Shown: positions 48,085 through 57,670 of the stretch, piece by piece
Position numbering within the stretch: position 1 is the first letter of the stretch
Layout of the letters: every line of letters begins with the position of its first letter
From: an uncultured Acidimicrobiia bacterium
Lineage (GTDB): Bacteria > Actinomycetota > Acidimicrobiia > Spongiisociales > UBA4744
Direction of reading: 5' to 3'
Length of the DNA: 64,000 nucleotides
Assembly: GCA_964633745.1 (NCBI GenBank)
Contig: CAZWHZ010000003.1
Span: 1,494-65,493, forward strand
The notes under the pieces: model-generated
Told to the model about the DNA's origin: nothing
Seen by the model: the letters and a program-made list of their open reading frames with translations, nothing else
Database searches by the model: none
Translations under genes and position numbers: made by a program

Positions 48085-51000
48085 GCAGAGGCAACGTCCG
48101 CAAGGTCGGCGATCCTACCCAGGGCGGCCCTCCGGAAGGACTCCTGCACCGACGGGTCGACGATGCGGTTGTTTTGTTCTGTCACGAGCCGGCGTGCCGT
48201 AGCCGTTTCCCGTGCGGCTTCCTCGGGTCGTCCTTCCCGGGAGAGTGCCCTTGCTCTGGCTGCCCTGAGCCGCCACTCCAGGCCGGTCGCACCCATCGCC
48301 TCCGCGAACTGCGTGCCCTCGGCCAGGACTTCAGTCGCTTCCTCGTTTCGACCCGATGCGAGCAGCAGGCTGCCGCGGGTCGCGGCAAGGGCGGGACGGA
48401 AGTAGACCATCCGGCGTTGCTCGATAAAGTCGGATGTCTCAGAAACGAGTTCACCGGCTCCGGCAAGGTCACCCTCGGCGACCTTGATCGTTGCAAGACC
48501 GAGGAGCAGCCGGGGCTGTTCGAGGAGCTTCGATGCCGACGATCCGGCGAGCCCGCGGGAGAGCATCTCGGTCGCCCGTTCGAGGTCGCCGCCCGCGATC
48601 GCAGCCCAGCCCAGCTCCGCGAAGACCGTCGATGCCATCGTCTCTCCCATTGGGGTTTCCAGGTGCTGAAGCGCCTTGGCCTTCAGCCCCGCTGTCTCTT
48701 CGGTCTCGATCCCGAGTTCGGCATAGATGCGGGCCATTGACGCTGCGGCAGCGGCAGCGTTGAACAACTGGGCGGACTCCTCGCCAAGGTGCAGAGACAT
48801 GGCGTAGAACGCCAGCGCGTTCTCGATGTCGCCGAGCAGGTCGGCAGCGAATCCGGCCTGCAGCGCCACGACGCTGGCAGTGGAAGAACCGATCCTCGCA
48901 GCAATCTCGGCCGCCTCACGGGCCTGTTCCCACGCCTCCGCGAGCTTTCCCTCGCGGGTGAGGTAGAAGAACTCCGCTGCTGACAGACCCGACATCACCA
49001 GCGGGTCGGTGGTCCCGGCGGTGACTTGCCGTGCCTGTTCGAGAGCTCTGAGGCCGTCGTCGTACCGCGTGGCGTGGGCGAGCGACAGGACACGCTGAAT
49101 CAGCCCCCCAATGACGAGCTTCGGAGAGCCGGCCGCCGAACCGAGTCTCACCGTCTCGGCGTCGTGGGCTGCGGCCTTCTCCATGTCACCCCGGCCAGTG
49201 GCGATCATGCAGCTGTTCACGTGATACTCGGCCAGGCCCATCCAATCGCCGAACCGCTCGGCCAGCTGGCGCGCCTCTTCCAGCTGCTCCGTAGCCCGCT
49301 CGTAGTCTCCACCCAAAGCCGCCGACGTGAACGCGAGCCGGTTCAGCGCCGTGACCTGCACCGACGGCTCCGACCGCGCCCGTCCGAGCTCGAGCATCTG
49401 CTGATAAGAGGCAGACGCCTTGGTCAGGTCCGGAATCAACGTGTAGGCGGCACCTAGGCCTTCATGAATCCGCTTGGTCAGTTCGAGGTCGGTATCGTCT
49501 GCGGCCCAGGTCAGCGCCTCGTCGTAGAAACGGATCGCATCGGCCAACGACATCGAGCGTGTCGCCTGATCTCCGGCGGCCACGAGGTATGGGACGGCAC
49601 GTACCTCTTGTTTCGATTGTAGGAGGTGTCGGGACACCTCCTGGGGGTCCGCTCCCTCGGCGATCAGATGCTCGGCTACTCGCCCATGAAGCGACCGGCG
49701 TGACTTCAAGAGGATCGTGTTGTAGGCGATTTCCTGGATGAGGGCGTGGCGAAACGCGTAGGTCCGATTGGGGATCCTGGCTTGTTCCATCAGCAGGTCG
49801 CGGCTCATCAGGTCGGTCAGTGCGGTCTCGGTGTGCTCGCGGTCGTCGGCCAGAGCGACGAGTTCTTCGAACTCGAACTCCCTGCCGAGCACCGACGCGA
49901 ACTGGGCTACGAGCTTTGAGAAGTCGTCGAGACGGTCGAGACGTGCCGTGACCAGACCCGATAACCCGCCGGAAATCGACATCTGGTCGAGGTCGCCTTC
50001 GACAACCCATTCACCCTCTCTTTCGACGAGCGTCCCTGACTCGAGTAGCACGCGTACGATCTCTTCGACGAAGAAAGGATTCCCTTCGGATCGGGTGAGC
50101 ACGGCTCTCTCCAGTGAGCCGGGAAGGCCGTGTGTGCCGAGGAGCCCTTCGACCATGTTCTTGGAGGCCTGGTCGTCGAGTGGTCGGAGCCTCACAGCGG
50201 TGTAGCGGTGTGAGTAGTGGCGGTCGGCGGACTCGTGAAAGCCCCAGGAGGCGTCGTCACGATAGGGGCGCATCAGAACGAGGATCGCAAGCATCGTCCG
50301 GTTGGTCGCTCTCATCAGCTCCTCGAGCAACGCCAGCGAAACGGCGTCCGACCAGTGAAGATCTTCCACCAGCAGGACGCTCGGTTTCGAGACGGAGCAG
50401 GTCTCGATGTAGTCGATGACTGCCGCAAAGATGCGCCTCTGCAGCTCAGGGGCAGGCAGCGCCTTGATGATCGCGGCATCGTCCTCGCCCGGGTCGATGC
50501 CCAACATGACGCACAGGTAGCTGACGATAGGGGTGGAATCCTGTGGGAAGACGCGCTCTACGGCGCTGGCCACGCTCGCCCGTGCCGTCGACTCGTCGTC
50601 AATCGTTTCTATGCCGAATATGCGGGAGAAGAGGTCGATGAATGGGGCGTAGGCGACCGAAGTGTTGTAGGAGAGACAGCGGGCTTCAGCCCATTGAACG
50701 TGGTCAGCCTTCCCTTCCTCTTCCGGCCATGACCCGAGGCAGTCTTCGGCGGCGAGCTCGGACTTGAGTGCCGCTGCCAGCCGGGACTTCCCCACGCCGG
50801 CTTCACCGATCACCGAACAGATCTGACCCTTGCCCTGTCTCACCTCCTCGACGACGTGGCGGAGAGTTGCGAGCTCGGACGACCTTCCGACGAGCGGGGC
50901 GGCGCGGCCCAGAATCCCGCGGGTGGTTGTGGGCCGCTCTCGTATACCTGTCACTCTGTAGGCGGGAACGGGTTCCGTCTTGCCTTTGGCGTGTATCGGC

Positions 51001-51761
51001 TCGAGTTCCTCGAACTCGAAGAGCCGCTGGATCAGGCGGTGGGTGTCACCGGCGACCTGGAGCGTTCCGGGGGCGGCTGTCTGTTCCATCCGCGCCGCGA
51101 CGTTGACAGCATCACCGAGGGCGGAGTATTCGACTCGCATGTCCGAGCCAACCTCTCCAACGACCACCAAGCCCGTGTTGATGCCCACTCTGAGATCAAC
51201 ATCGACTCCCCACCGGTCCTTCACCTCGCGGGCGTAGGGTTTGACCGCGTTCAGCATTTCGAGTCCGACCATGACGGCTCGCTCCGCGTCGTCCTCGTGG
51301 GCGATCGGAGCTCCGAAGAACGCCAGGATGGCGTCGCCCATCAGCCGGGCGAGGGTCCCCTCATATCGATACACAGGTCGGATCAGCCGTTCGAAAGCGC
51401 CGTTGACGATCTCTGCCCATTCCTCAGGGTCGAGCTGCTCAGCAGCTGCGGTCGACCCCTGAATGTCTGCGAACAGCATGGTGACCGTGCGCCGTTCCCC
51501 GGCCATGGTTTGGCCGCTGCGCGCCGCTTGTAGCTTGGCCAGGAGCTCGGGAGGGATGTAGCGGGCCAGATCTTGAGCGGCCAGGAACGTCGCGTCGGCA
51601 TCGAGGCGCGAACCGCAACTCGAGCAGAAGGAAGCGCCCGGCGAGTAGGGCGTGGAGCAGACCGGACAGTTCGCTAGGAGGGGCGTCCCGCAGTTTGAAC
51701 AGAACGAGGCGTCCTCGAGGTTGGTTCGACCGCAGTTGGGACATTGGTTGTGCACGTTCAT
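48081..51761 (-). CDS. Multidomain signalling protein: double zinc ribbon, class III adenylate/guanylate cyclase, STAND/AAA ATPase, TPR array
   Basis: N-terminus CPNCG...CSNCG...CPVC...CSSCG. Cyclase core RRTVTMLFADIQGST...GDAILAFFGAP...VGINTGLVVVGEVG...GDAVNVAARME. P-loop GEAGVGKSRL. About 600 aa of TPR-like helical repeats. No HTH output domain seen. Confidence 0.85.
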   Translation of the reverse strand: MNVHNQCPNCGRTNLEDASFCSNCGTPLLANCPVCSTPYSPGASFCSSCGSRLDADATFLAAQDLARYIPPELLAKLQAARSGQTMAGERRTVTMLFADIQGSTAAAEQLDPEEWAEIVNGAFERLIRPVYRYEGTLARLMGDAILAFFGAPIAHEDDAERAVMVGLEMLNAVKPYAREVKDRWGVDVDLRVGINTGLVVVGEVGSDMRVEYSALGDAVNVAARMEQTAAPGTLQVAGDTHRLIQRLFEFEELEPIHAKGKTEPVPAYRVTGIRERPTTTRGILGRAAPLVGRSSELATLRHVVEEVRQGKGQICSVIGEAGVGKSRLAAALKSELAAEDCLGSWPEEEGKADHVQWAEARCLSYNTSVAYAPFIDLFSRIFGIETIDDESTARASVASAVERVFPQDSTPIVSYLCVMLGIDPGEDDAAIIKALPAPELQRRIFAAVIDYIETCSVSKPSVLLVEDLHWSDAVSLALLEELMRATNRTMLAILVLMRPYRDDASWGFHESADRHYSHRYTAVRLRPLDDQASKNMVEGLLGTHGLPGSLERAVLTRSEGNPFFVEEIVRVLLESGTLVEREGEWVVEGDLDQMSISGGLSGLVTARLDRLDDFSKLVAQFASVLGREFEFEELVALADDREHTETALTDLMSRDLLMEQARIPNRTYAFRHALIQEIAYNTILLKSRRSLHGRVAEHLIAEGADPQEVSRHLLQSKQEVRAVPYLVAAGDQATRSMSLADAIRFYDEALTWAADDTDLELTKRIHEGLGAAYTLIPDLTKASASYQQMLELGRARSEPSVQVTALNRLAFTSAALGGDYERATEQLEEARQLAERFGDWMGLAEYHVNSCMIATGRGDMEKAAAHDAETVRLGSAAGSPKLVIGGLIQRVLSLAHATRYDDGLRALEQARQVTAGTTDPLVMSGLSAAEFFYLTREGKLAEAWEQAREAAEIAARIGSSTASVVALQAGFAADLLGDIENALAFYAMSLHLGEESAQLFNAAAAAASMARIYAELGIETEETAGLKAKALQHLETPMGETMASTVFAELGWAAIAGGDLERATEMLSRGLAGSSASKLLEQPRLLLGLATIKVAEGDLAGAGELVSETSDFIEQRRMVYFRPALAATRGSLLLASGRNEEATEVLAEGTQFAEAMGATGLEWRLRAARARALSREGRPEEAARETATARRLVTEQNNRIVDPSVQESFRRAALGRIADLADVASA

Positions 51762-51762
51762 T

Positions 51763-51790
51763 CAGTTCCGTCCCAGTTCAGTCCCAGTAG
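51763..51790. repeat. 11-nt tandem repeat (CAGTTCCGTCC CAGTTCAGTCC CAGTAG...) abutting the cyclase start codon
   Basis: Two units match at 10 of 11 positions, followed by a partial third. Located 2-30 nt upstream (on the minus strand) of ATG 51761. Confidence 0.6.
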
Positions 51791-52256
51791 AACCTACCCG
51801 ACCGGCGGGGAACTCTTGTCGGTGCCGACCTCCTGTTGGCCGGGTCAACGCACCGCGGCCCGGGACCTGTTCCCTGTCCCATCCGTACGCTTGAGAGATC
51901 TCCCTGCTCATTCTCAGATGGAGCATCTGTTCGTCGTCCAACCTATCGCACAGTCCGAGCTAAGAGAGGGGGATATTCGCTCAGGTGGTGCCTTCGAGGT
52001 TCGACTCACGGGAGCGAAGGCTTCGCGCTGCTCGCCTATCAGATGATCAGGTTGGGCAGTTCGGTCATAGAGCAACGCCTCCTCGTGTGCCGCCACCGAC
52101 CCCGTGCCTCCTCGCGGCGCTCAACCGCACGAGGTCGCCTGCCAGATAGTGGTCCGGTCCTGTTGGCGATGCTCGCCGGGAGGGCTAACCTTTGTGCAGT
52201 TCCCGAACTTGGCCCCAAGGGGGAGATTCGGCGAACTTGAAGGAACGGGAAGACCT

Positions 52257-54281
52257 ATGGAGGGTTGTAACGTGAGAAAATCTCGGAGACTCTGGACCTG
52301 GATCGCGGTCGTTGCGCTGCTTGCGCTCGTCGCTGCGGCCTGCGGCCCACAAAGCGAGTCGACTACAACGGCACAAGAGGGGACGACGACGACGGCACCG
52401 CCTAGCAGCGGAGCGACGACGACGACGGCTCCTGCCAGCAATCAAGGCTTTACCTACAAACTCGGAATCTTTGAGGATCTGACTACCGACAACTACTGGT
52501 CCTATCTGGACGCAGAGTCGTCAGTGTGGAACGGATACGTCCTCGGAAACCAGCACACGTCACTGTTCACGCTGGCCGCACCGTCGTGGCAGCTCGTGCC
52601 CGGTATCGCTGAAGGTGCTCCGGAAGCAGCCGTGCAGGAGGGTGATGTCTGGACGGTGACTCAGACGTTGCGTCAGGGTTACATGTGGTCAGATGGACAG
52701 CCTGTGACGGCCAACGACTTCGTGTTCACGTGGGACGCAGGTACGCAGCTCGGCGTCGGTGGCAACTGGTCGACCAACTTGGCCGCGTACGTTCCGGACG
52801 ATCCGGCGACGACGGATGTCGATGAGACGGTCGACGGTGTGACAAAGGTTGAAGCGGTGGATGACTACACCGTCAAGATCACCTTCTCATCCAATCCTGG
52901 TCTGGCCATCTGGCAGTTCGGCATCGGCCTCATGCCGATCATGCCGCAGAGCTTCTGGCAGCCGGCTGTCGACGAGGCCGCTACGTCCGACGATCCTGCA
53001 CAGACGATCGAAGCTGCGTCCGGCGAGGGCGAGCCCTCCGCCGGTGCGTTCATCTATGACAGCCGTGAGCCGGGTGCATTCGCGAAGAACGTTTCCAACC
53101 CGGACAGCTACTACAACGGCACGACGTACAAGTTCTACAGCGACGGTACGTTCGAGCAGGTGAACGACGCCAAGGGCTTCGACGAGATGTACGACGGCAC
53201 GGGAACCGGCGACGTGACCCTCCAGTACACGGATGGACCGTACGCCAAGGACGTGATCTACTCGATCTACTCGGACCAGAACGCCGCCATCCTTGCGCTG
53301 AAGAGTGGCGACATTCAGTTCATGCTCAACCCGAGCGGTCTGAACACTGGCCTGAAGAACGAAGTGCTCGGCTCGCCCGAGCTGACCCTGATCGCGAACG
53401 CCTCGAACGGTTTCCGCTACCTGTCGTTCAACATGAGGAAGTCCCCGATGAGTTTCCTGGGCTTCCGGCAGGCGATCGCGTGCTTGACGAACAAGGAGTT
53501 CCTCCAGACGTTGCTCGGTGGGGCGATCATCCCCACGTACAGCACGGTGCCCGAGGGCAACACCGCCTGGGCGAACCCGGATGTGCAGCAGATCTGCAAG
53601 GGCATGGACGAAGAGGCCAGGTTCAACCAGGCGCTTCAGTACATGACGGATGCAGGCTTCACCTGGGACGTGACTCCGCAGTGGGATCCAGACAACCTGG
53701 ACCTCATGGCTGGAACCGGTACCGGACTGAAGGACCCGAACGGCAAGGCAGTTCCGAGTCTCGAGCTGCTGGCTCCCGGACCCGGCTACGACCCGCTTCG
53801 GTCGACGACGGCCATCTGGATCGCCCAGTGGGCGAGCTGGCTCGGCATTCCGCTCGAGGCGAACGCGACCGGTTTCAACGTGATCGTTGACAAGGTCTTC
53901 GCCGAAGGCGACGGCGCTCTCGACTGGGACATGTACATCCTCGGATGGGGTCTCGGCAACCCGGCGCTGCCGGACTTCCTGCCGGCGTTCTTCGCTTCAT
54001 GGCAGGATTCGGCGACCGGTGGTTTCAACACGCCTGGTTATAACAACGCCGACTTCGACGCCCTGGCGAAGGAGTTCCTGGCCGCAACCGATATCGCCTC
54101 GGCGAAGGCGGCTGTGAAGGCGATGGACCAGAACGTCGTTGAGAACCTTCCGTATGAGATTCTGTTCTCGACGCCGATCCTGGAGGCCTACAACAACACG
54201 CTGGTGTTCCCCTTCACCGACGTGCTGGACGGCTTGCAGACGCTGAACGGCATGCCCGCAGATGTGAAGACCACCAACTAG
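52257..54281 (+). CDS. ABC transporter substrate-binding lipoprotein, family 5 (peptide/nickel type)
   Basis: ORF 52104..54281 trimmed. Signal peptide RRLWTWIAVVALLALVAAAC with a lipobox Cys, then a Thr-rich linker. GTG 52272 with GGAGGG upstream is an alternative start. 674 aa, larger than typical. Confidence 0.85.
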   Translation: MEGCNVRKSRRLWTWIAVVALLALVAAACGPQSESTTTAQEGTTTTAPPSSGATTTTAPASNQGFTYKLGIFEDLTTDNYWSYLDAESSVWNGYVLGNQHTSLFTLAAPSWQLVPGIAEGAPEAAVQEGDVWTVTQTLRQGYMWSDGQPVTANDFVFTWDAGTQLGVGGNWSTNLAAYVPDDPATTDVDETVDGVTKVEAVDDYTVKITFSSNPGLAIWQFGIGLMPIMPQSFWQPAVDEAATSDDPAQTIEAASGEGEPSAGAFIYDSREPGAFAKNVSNPDSYYNGTTYKFYSDGTFEQVNDAKGFDEMYDGTGTGDVTLQYTDGPYAKDVIYSIYSDQNAAILALKSGDIQFMLNPSGLNTGLKNEVLGSPELTLIANASNGFRYLSFNMRKSPMSFLGFRQAIACLTNKEFLQTLLGGAIIPTYSTVPEGNTAWANPDVQQICKGMDEEARFNQALQYMTDAGFTWDVTPQWDPDNLDLMAGTGTGLKDPNGKAVPSLELLAPGPGYDPLRSTTAIWIAQWASWLGIPLEANATGFNVIVDKVFAEGDGALDWDMYILGWGLGNPALPDFLPAFFASWQDSATGGFNTPGYNNADFDALAKEFLAATDIASAKAAVKAMDQNVVENLPYEILFSTPILEAYNNTLVFPFTDVLDGLQTLNGMPADVKTTN

Positions 54282-54302
54282 GCGATCTTCGCAAGAGATA
54301 CA

Positions 54303-54332
54303 CAAGGGGAGGACCTTCCGGTCCTCCCCTTG
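54303..54332 (+). terminator. Perfect 13-bp hairpin after the SBP gene (intra-operon attenuator/stabiliser)
   Basis: CAAGGGGAGGACC-TTCC-GGTCCTCCCCTTG. No U-tract. The permease genes follow. Confidence 0.5.
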
Positions 54333-54399
54333 TCGCGTCAGACGCTGCTAAAGTCCTACCGCCCGAAGACGGGACTCCGAAGGCGGCATAGGAGGTGAG

Positions 54400-55569
54400 G
54401 TGCTCAAGTACGTCGGCAAGCGCGTTGCGCAAAGCCTGATCGTGTTCTTCGTGTTCCTCACCGCGACATACTTCTTACTCCAGGCGCAACCTGGAGACAT
54501 CAGCGACCAGTTCCTCTCGAATCCCAAGTTGACACAGGAGGTTCGCGACCAGTACGCCGAACGGCTTGGACTCACCGGGACGCCGTTGCAGCAGTACATC
54601 CGCTACATCAAGAACTTCACCACGGGGAACCTGGGAGTGTCCTTCTCTGAGTATCCGAGGCAAGTGTGGGACATCCTCAAAGAGCGAGTGCCTCGAACGG
54701 TCGCCCTGTTCTTCTTCGCCACTCTGCTTTCATTCCTCGTGGGCTTCAAATCGGGCAAGGTGCTCGCATGGAGACGAGGGAAACGTGGGGAAAACCTCAT
54801 CACCGTCGTAGGTGTGTTCTTTCAGACTGTGTTCTACCCGTGGTTCGCGCTCATCATGATTCGAACGTTCTCGTTCAACTTCAAGCTGTTCCCTGGCGGC
54901 AAGTTCCTCAACGTCGAGAAGTGGATCGACAAGCCGGACACCTTCGATGCCAACTCGGTGTTCGGACGGATGTTGGCCACCGCTGCGGTGTTGGGACTCA
55001 CGCTTCTGGTCCTGGAGGTCGTGACGAGACGGATGCACAACAGGGTGATCAGCCAGCGGATCGTATGGGGCGGACGGATCCTCCTCGTGGGGATCGTTGT
55101 CGTCTGGTGGATGACCGTGTGGTCGGTGATGTTGCCGTATGCCCTCGACATAGGCGACCACCTGATCCTTCCGACGATCACCCTGGCGCTGATCGGGTTC
55201 GGAGGCACCATGCTGTTGACGAGGGCCTCGATGCTCGAGACGCTGCGAGAGGACTACATCCTGACAGCGAGAGCCAAGGGACTGTCCTCGAAGACGATCA
55301 GGGACAAGCATGCAGCCAGGAACGCACTGCTTCCTGTCACGACCTCACTGGTGATCAGCCTGGCATTCCTGATAGGTGGCGGCGTGATCACCGAGACCGT
55401 GTTCTCCTGGCCGGGGATGGGCCAAACGCTCTTGAGCGCTGCTCTCCAAGAAGACGTCCCGCTGGTCATCGGCTCTTTCACGTTCATCGCCGTCCTTGCG
55501 CTCGTCGCACACATCGTGGTGGACGTCCTCTACATGTACCTCGATCCGCGCATACGAGTGGGAGATTGA
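54400..55569 (+). CDS. ABC transporter permease (DppB/OppB-like)
   Basis: GTG start after GGAGGTGAG. EAA-type loop LTRASMLETLREDYILTARAKGL. Confidence 0.85.
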   Translation: MLKYVGKRVAQSLIVFFVFLTATYFLLQAQPGDISDQFLSNPKLTQEVRDQYAERLGLTGTPLQQYIRYIKNFTTGNLGVSFSEYPRQVWDILKERVPRTVALFFFATLLSFLVGFKSGKVLAWRRGKRGENLITVVGVFFQTVFYPWFALIMIRTFSFNFKLFPGGKFLNVEKWIDKPDTFDANSVFGRMLATAAVLGLTLLVLEVVTRRMHNRVISQRIVWGGRILLVGIVVVWWMTVWSVMLPYALDIGDHLILPTITLALIGFGGTMLLTRASMLETLREDYILTARAKGLSSKTIRDKHAARNALLPVTTSLVISLAFLIGGGVITETVFSWPGMGQTLLSAALQEDVPLVIGSFTFIAVLALVAHIVVDVLYMYLDPRIRVGD

Positions 55570-55572
55570 CTG

Positions 55573-56649
55573 ATGAGTGCCCCTGATCTACTCGAAGGGA
55601 CCGTGGCGGCTTCGGAGGAGGCGCTCTGGAGGATTCGGCTCCGCCTTGCGTGGCGAGGGTTCCGAAAGGGCTGGTCGTCCTTCGTTGCCAATCGGATCGG
55701 GCTCGTCGGCCTCACCATCATCACTCTGTATGGGCTGATGGCACTGGCTCATCCGATCCTCATGCATACGGTCTGGGATCCCAAGATCTACGACCCGGTC
55801 GTCGGCTATGACGCCCCGGTCACCACCAAGGTGATCGTTCCGGACGGCGAAGTGGTCGATATTGCGACTCAGGTCGACCTCTTCAGCGCGCGGTTGATCA
55901 ACCCTATGCTCAAGGTTGGCGAGACACTGGATGTCACTGAACAACCGGCGGCGCCATCCCGTACGCACTTGCTGGGTACCGACCCGCTCGGCCGAGACGT
56001 GCTATCGCAGCTCATGTACTCCACGAGAGCTGCCTTCATGCTCGGCATCGTGGCGGCACTGGTTACCGTGGGTATCGGTACAACCGTTGGATCTGTGTCG
56101 GCATTCTTCGGGGGGATCGTCGACACGCTGTTCATGCGGCTTGCCGACTTGATCATTCTGGTGCCGTTCCTGCCGATCCTCATCGTCCTGTCGGCGCTCT
56201 TCCACTTCGAATTGCTCCACCTCGCGATTCTCATCGGCGTGCTGTCCGGATTCGGGGGCACCGCGATCATCCTGAAGTCGCAGGCGCTGTCGGTTTCGGT
56301 GAAGCCGTTCATCGACGCAGCACGGGTCGCGGGCGGAGGCAGGATGCACCTGATCTTTCGCCATATCATCCCCAACGTCCTTCCCTTGAGCTTCCTCTAC
56401 ATGATGTTCTCGGTGACAGACGCCATCTCCAGCGAGGCGACGCTGTCGTTTCTCGGCCTGCTGAACATCAACATGAGTTGGGGCATCATGATCTACACCG
56501 CGAACTCGCAGGGCTATCTCCTGTCGAGCGCGAGCTACTGGTGGCTCCTGCTTCCCGCCGGGCTCTCGGTCACGTTGTTGGCGGGTTCTTTCTATCTGGT
56601 GGGACGCGCCATGGACGAAATCATCAATCCCAGACTCAGGAGACGCTGA
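55573..56649 (+). CDS. ABC transporter permease (DppC/OppC-like)
   Basis: LLGTDPLGRDVLSQLMYSTR, six TM segments. Confidence 0.85.
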   Translation: MSAPDLLEGTVAASEEALWRIRLRLAWRGFRKGWSSFVANRIGLVGLTIITLYGLMALAHPILMHTVWDPKIYDPVVGYDAPVTTKVIVPDGEVVDIATQVDLFSARLINPMLKVGETLDVTEQPAAPSRTHLLGTDPLGRDVLSQLMYSTRAAFMLGIVAALVTVGIGTTVGSVSAFFGGIVDTLFMRLADLIILVPFLPILIVLSALFHFELLHLAILIGVLSGFGGTAIILKSQALSVSVKPFIDAARVAGGGRMHLIFRHIIPNVLPLSFLYMMFSVTDAISSEATLSFLGLLNINMSWGIMIYTANSQGYLLSSASYWWLLLPAGLSVTLLAGSFYLVGRAMDEIINPRLRRR

Positions 56650-56653
56650 TCCG

Positions 56654-57670
56654 ATGACCTTCGACCAGCGGGCGGCTATCGCCACACCAGTCCTCGACGT
56701 CCAGCACCTGACCATGCACTACACGGTCAAGAAGGGCGAGGTGCAAGCAGTCGACGATGTGAGCTTCACTCTCGCGCAGGGTGAAGCGCTTGGGCTGGTG
56801 GGGGAGTCGGGGTGCGGCAAGACGTCGATCGCGATGACGCTCATCCGCCTCCTTGCCGACAACGCCAAGATCGTCGATGGGAAGGTCATTCTCGCCGGCA
56901 CCGACGTCGCCAGGCTGACGGATGAGCAGATGCGCAAACACCGGTGGAGCGACATTTCGATGGTGTTCCAAGGGGCGATGAACGCGTGGAATCCGGTCTA
57001 CAAGGTCGGAGACCAGATCTGGGAAGCGATGGAGCTGCACTTCCCGGACATGGTCGAGACGGAGGGGCGGGAACGCATCGCCGAGCTGTTCGAACTGGTA
57101 GGGCTCGGACCAGAGCTGATCGACCGGTATCCACACGAATTCTCGGGCGGAATGAGGCAGAGGGCAATCATTGCGATGGCCCTCTCCTGCGATCCGAAGA
57201 TCATCATTGCCGACGAGCCGACGACTGCACTCGACGTGATCGTGCAAGACCAGATCCTGCGGGAACTCAAGCACGTCCAGGAAACGCTCGGCATGGCGAT
57301 CATCTACATCTCACACGACGTCGCCGTCATAGCTGAAGTGAGCGACAGGATCGGAGTGATGTACGCAGGCAAACTCGTCGAGCTTGGCGCGACCGACGAG
57401 GTGTTTCCACACCCGAAGCATCCCTACACCTACCTCCTTCTCGCCTCCACGCCGAGCGTCAAGGGGCCGAGACGCAAGCTGGCCCCGCTGGAGGGGGAGC
57501 CACCCGACCTGTTGAAGCCTCCAACTGGTTGCCGGTTCCATCCTCGCTGCCCGTGGGCCACCGAGATCTGCACCAGCGAGGAGCCTCCTTTCAACGAGAT
57601 ATCCGAGGGTCACAGCGTGGCGTGCTGGCACACGGAGGAAGTCCCGGAACTGGGGAGGTTGGAGGGATGA
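56654..57670 (+). CDS. ABC transporter ATP-binding protein (DppD/OppD-like)
   Basis: Walker A GESGCGKTS, signature FSGGMRQR, and a C-terminal oligopeptide-transporter domain with CRFHPRCP. Confidence 0.9.
   Translation: MTFDQRAAIATPVLDVQHLTMHYTVKKGEVQAVDDVSFTLAQGEALGLVGESGCGKTSIAMTLIRLLADNAKIVDGKVILAGTDVARLTDEQMRKHRWSDISMVFQGAMNAWNPVYKVGDQIWEAMELHFPDMVETEGRERIAELFELVGLGPELIDRYPHEFSGGMRQRAIIAMALSCDPKIIIADEPTTALDVIVQDQILRELKHVQETLGMAIIYISHDVAVIAEVSDRIGVMYAGKLVELGATDEVFPHPKHPYTYLLLASTPSVKGPRRKLAPLEGEPPDLLKPPTGCRFHPRCPWATEICTSEEPPFNEISEGHSVACWHTEEVPELGRLEG

Noticed and set aside
41678-52256. Search of the long spacers (41678-41966, 46706-47010, 47830-48080, 51762-52256) for SRP RNA, tmRNA, RNase P RNA, 6S RNA or known riboswitch cores
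   Set aside because: None of the conserved cores I can recall were seen (the SRP GGAAG...AGCAGC motif, the tmRNA tRNA-like end, the RNase P GAGGAAAGTCC motif, the B12 box). A covariance-model scan would be needed for a real answer.
52370-52440. (ACG)n runs and a duplicated ACGACGACGACGGC(A/T)CC block
   Set aside because: It encodes the Thr/Pro-rich linker (TTTTAPP...TTTTAPA) after the lipobox of the SBP lipoprotein. It might be slippage-prone, but the coding function explains it.
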